Origin: Diadema antillarum
Lineage: Eukaryota
Direction: 5' to 3'
Length of the DNA: 64,000 bases
Assembly (NCBI RefSeq): GCF_040938485.1
Contig: NW_027272951.1
Coordinates: 1-64,000 of the forward strand
The notes beneath the pieces are model-generated. The model was not told the DNA's origin, ran no database searches, and worked only from the letters and a program-made list of their open reading frames with translations. Below are positions 61,654 to 64,000 of this stretch, in pieces; within the stretch, counting starts at the first letter, position 1; each line of letters begins with the position of its first letter. The translations under genes and the position numbers were made by a program.

Positions 61654-63207
61654 GCTTGACTGGGCCTTGAGCATTATGACATTTAAACCTTCCATTACCT
61701 GACCACTGTGACGTAAAGATGTTCTATAGACCGATTCGGGTTCGTTGAGGGCAGCAGACAATTTGTGGCTCTGGGCGCAGCCATAAGCTCATTTTGAGGT
61801 GTCTTAGCCGACCCCCCCTCCTCTCCCCCACCCCACGGGCAACGTGTTTATCGCGCACATGTAACAGAGGTTCGCGCACTAAGCAAGCGTTTGCGCACTC
61901 AGTACAAGACGCCTATTGGCTAAAATGACCATGCATCAGTTTTTCATTCCGCGCGCGGAAGGGGGTGGGGGAGAGGGGAGGGGGGGTCGTCTAAGACACC
62001 ACGTTAATGGCGCTGCCCATGCCAAAAATACACATAGCGCATCACAGAATCGGTCTATAAGACTGCACAAGAGAAGTGAGCTAAGTGAGAACCAGCTAGG
62101 TGACGGGACCACAGTAAACCTGTCTGCAAATGCTGGATTTGACTGCATTTTGAGTTGATTAGCTGTGATTGAACCATTTATCAAGGAACTGATGAGCCTC
62201 TATTGAGCTACCATGGTCTAATTGTGTTGTTACAATGATCCCTCCTCAAATTCTCAACAATGAAATAGACTACATTTGTACCTGGTACCGTATAAGCTGT
62301 TATTTTCATGAGGATTTAATTTTCACAAATTTTGGGAGTCACTGTTGGACCACAAATCTAACAACTTATGAAAATGTCACCGTAGCTAGTACCGGTAGCA
62401 CTTGCACTTTTTTTAAAGGAAGGCCACTGTGTCAGTTTGAGTCAACAACATCCCACAAAAATGTTCATGACCTCCTCATTCACAAAAAATATCTGTACGC
62501 AGAAATAACAACGCACATGTATTTAGTTAATTAGTACTGGGTAAGGTCTAACAACTGTGCAATTCAGAGATAATTCAATTTCTTTGGAAATTTGAGAAGT
62601 GTCCCACAGTTTTGCCAAGCACAAAACCACAAGAACCTGTCAGCTTTGGCATTGTCAAGAAACTCTCACCAACTTTAGCCAGCTGCAAGCACAAAACCTT
62701 GTCAGTTGTAAAGGAGTCTGCCAAAGCAGCTCCTTTCTGGGTCTTTGCATGTACCAACATGTACATTGCATAATCCACCATTGTAGCCGCTCCTTGCGCA
62801 GCGACAGGGCATGGTCTATGGGACAACGTCAGTGGTGCATGTAGTCTTTCTAGCTCAGACTCCTTTATGACCGAGATAAAAGCTTTCTTTTACTTTTTTC
62901 CTGAATATTTGATTAATGATTTCTTTTTTCATTTAAGAGATATGTATCTTTTTGCCTTCCTGAGTAAATATTTCTGATACACATCTTGTCTGTTCGATGT
63001 TTTTCTTTCAGGCCAAATGAAGGACAAAATAGTATTTTGATGTTTGCAATTACTCCAAATGGTCTGATTAGTCCATTGGCCAAGACCTGAAAAATGGGTT
63101 ATTGGTACCACCTGAAGTGGCAAAACCTTTTTGGTGTCATTTTGTTTGTCGGGCATATGCATATCAAGCTATGATAGCATTTCCAAATGAGTAGCTTAGT
63201 CATAATA

Positions 63208-63561
63208 AATGAATTTTTTACCAATTTGGTCTCTTTTTTTATATCCCTGTACTTCTATACAAAGGAGAGCACTGTCTTCTGTGTGTCCACAGGTGTTCTG
63301 TTGTAAACGCGGTGCACTTAGTCGTTATTCAAGGCAGCGAAGGGAATATCCAAAGGGTTATGATGTCCACATCATAACCTTTGGATATTCCCTTCGCTGC
63401 CTTGAATGAAGATTAAGCGCACCGCGTTTACAACAGCACGCCTGTGGACATACCACAGAACTCTATTCTGTGGGACATGTATAAAGAAGACAGTGCTCTT
63501 CTTTGAATACAGCAGTTAGTCTCAATTATAAAAATGAGACCAAATTGGTTAAAAATTCATT
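63208..63561. repeat. About 350-bp palindrome with a tight centre
   Basis: Core arms 63285-63365 / 63370-63449; outer arms AATGAATTTTT..ACCAATTTGGTCTC / GAGACCAAATTGGT..AAAAATTCATT. Confidence 0.9.
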
Positions 63562-64000
63562 TCCTCCCAATCCATGCAATTTACAATCCCCGTGCAAAGT
63601 CATTTGCCCAGTAGTTTTGTCAGGTAGCTGTCGGGCATGCTTTGAAGTTCAGGGGAAATTTCCACCAGCCTGGCCTAGCTGGCAGGCATGGTATTGAGTA
63701 TCCCTCTATCTGCTGGTGCTATCATTGCTGTTTAATTTTTCATTGCGAACATTTTGTTTCACCTTCCAAGAGGCAAGTGCAGATGCAATGTTGGCAGAGC
63801 TAGCATTAAAGTAGCAAGTAGTTTACTGTTTTGCTGCAGTGTTTTTGTTTTTGTTTTTGTTTTTTTGTTGCATCACGGGGGGGGGGGGGGGGGGGATGGG
63901 GGGATGCGTTGTGTGAACGCACTTCCCCTTCAAACCCTTGAAAGAAAAATCTTATTACCACTTCAGTCTGCGAGCGACCTCAACTCCGAATGCTAAATAA

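Noticed and set aside
62575-62844. Coding-like Cys/Trp-rich stretch
   Set aside because: Frames are short or interrupted, and I cannot match them to a family.

Overview
Eukaryotic, repeat-rich genomic window from a marine invertebrate, probably a sea urchin or other echinoderm (inferred from intron style and repeat types, not confirmed). Two host genes were reconstructed by hand from splice sites and reading phase, both on the minus strand. (1) The 5' half of a divergent TRPM-family cation channel: 15 coding exons from 12685 down to the window edge, about 714 codons through the MHR regions into the pre-S1 region, with an apparent 1-nt frameshift near position 74. (2) A complete four-exon short-form ALG13 of 168 aa (52391 to 44202). 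Between them is a transposon field. Its main feature is a roughly 14.7 kb piggyBac-like element (17354-32068) with TTAA target duplications, bipartite terminal repeats and an intact 615-aa transposase, plus a 2.2 kb internal tandem duplication and an assembly gap. The field also holds a decayed Polinton pPolB fragment in two copies, a hAT transposase tail, an unclassified C2H2-finger transposase-like relic, a decayed Gypsy pol bracketed by non-LTR direct repeats, and an orphan P2X7-C-terminal-like exon. MITEs, Helentron-like elements and long palindromes are scattered throughout, and a possible divergent promoter lies near 59.1 kb. No rRNA, tRNA or CRISPR array was seen. No database search was run, so family names come from motif recognition.
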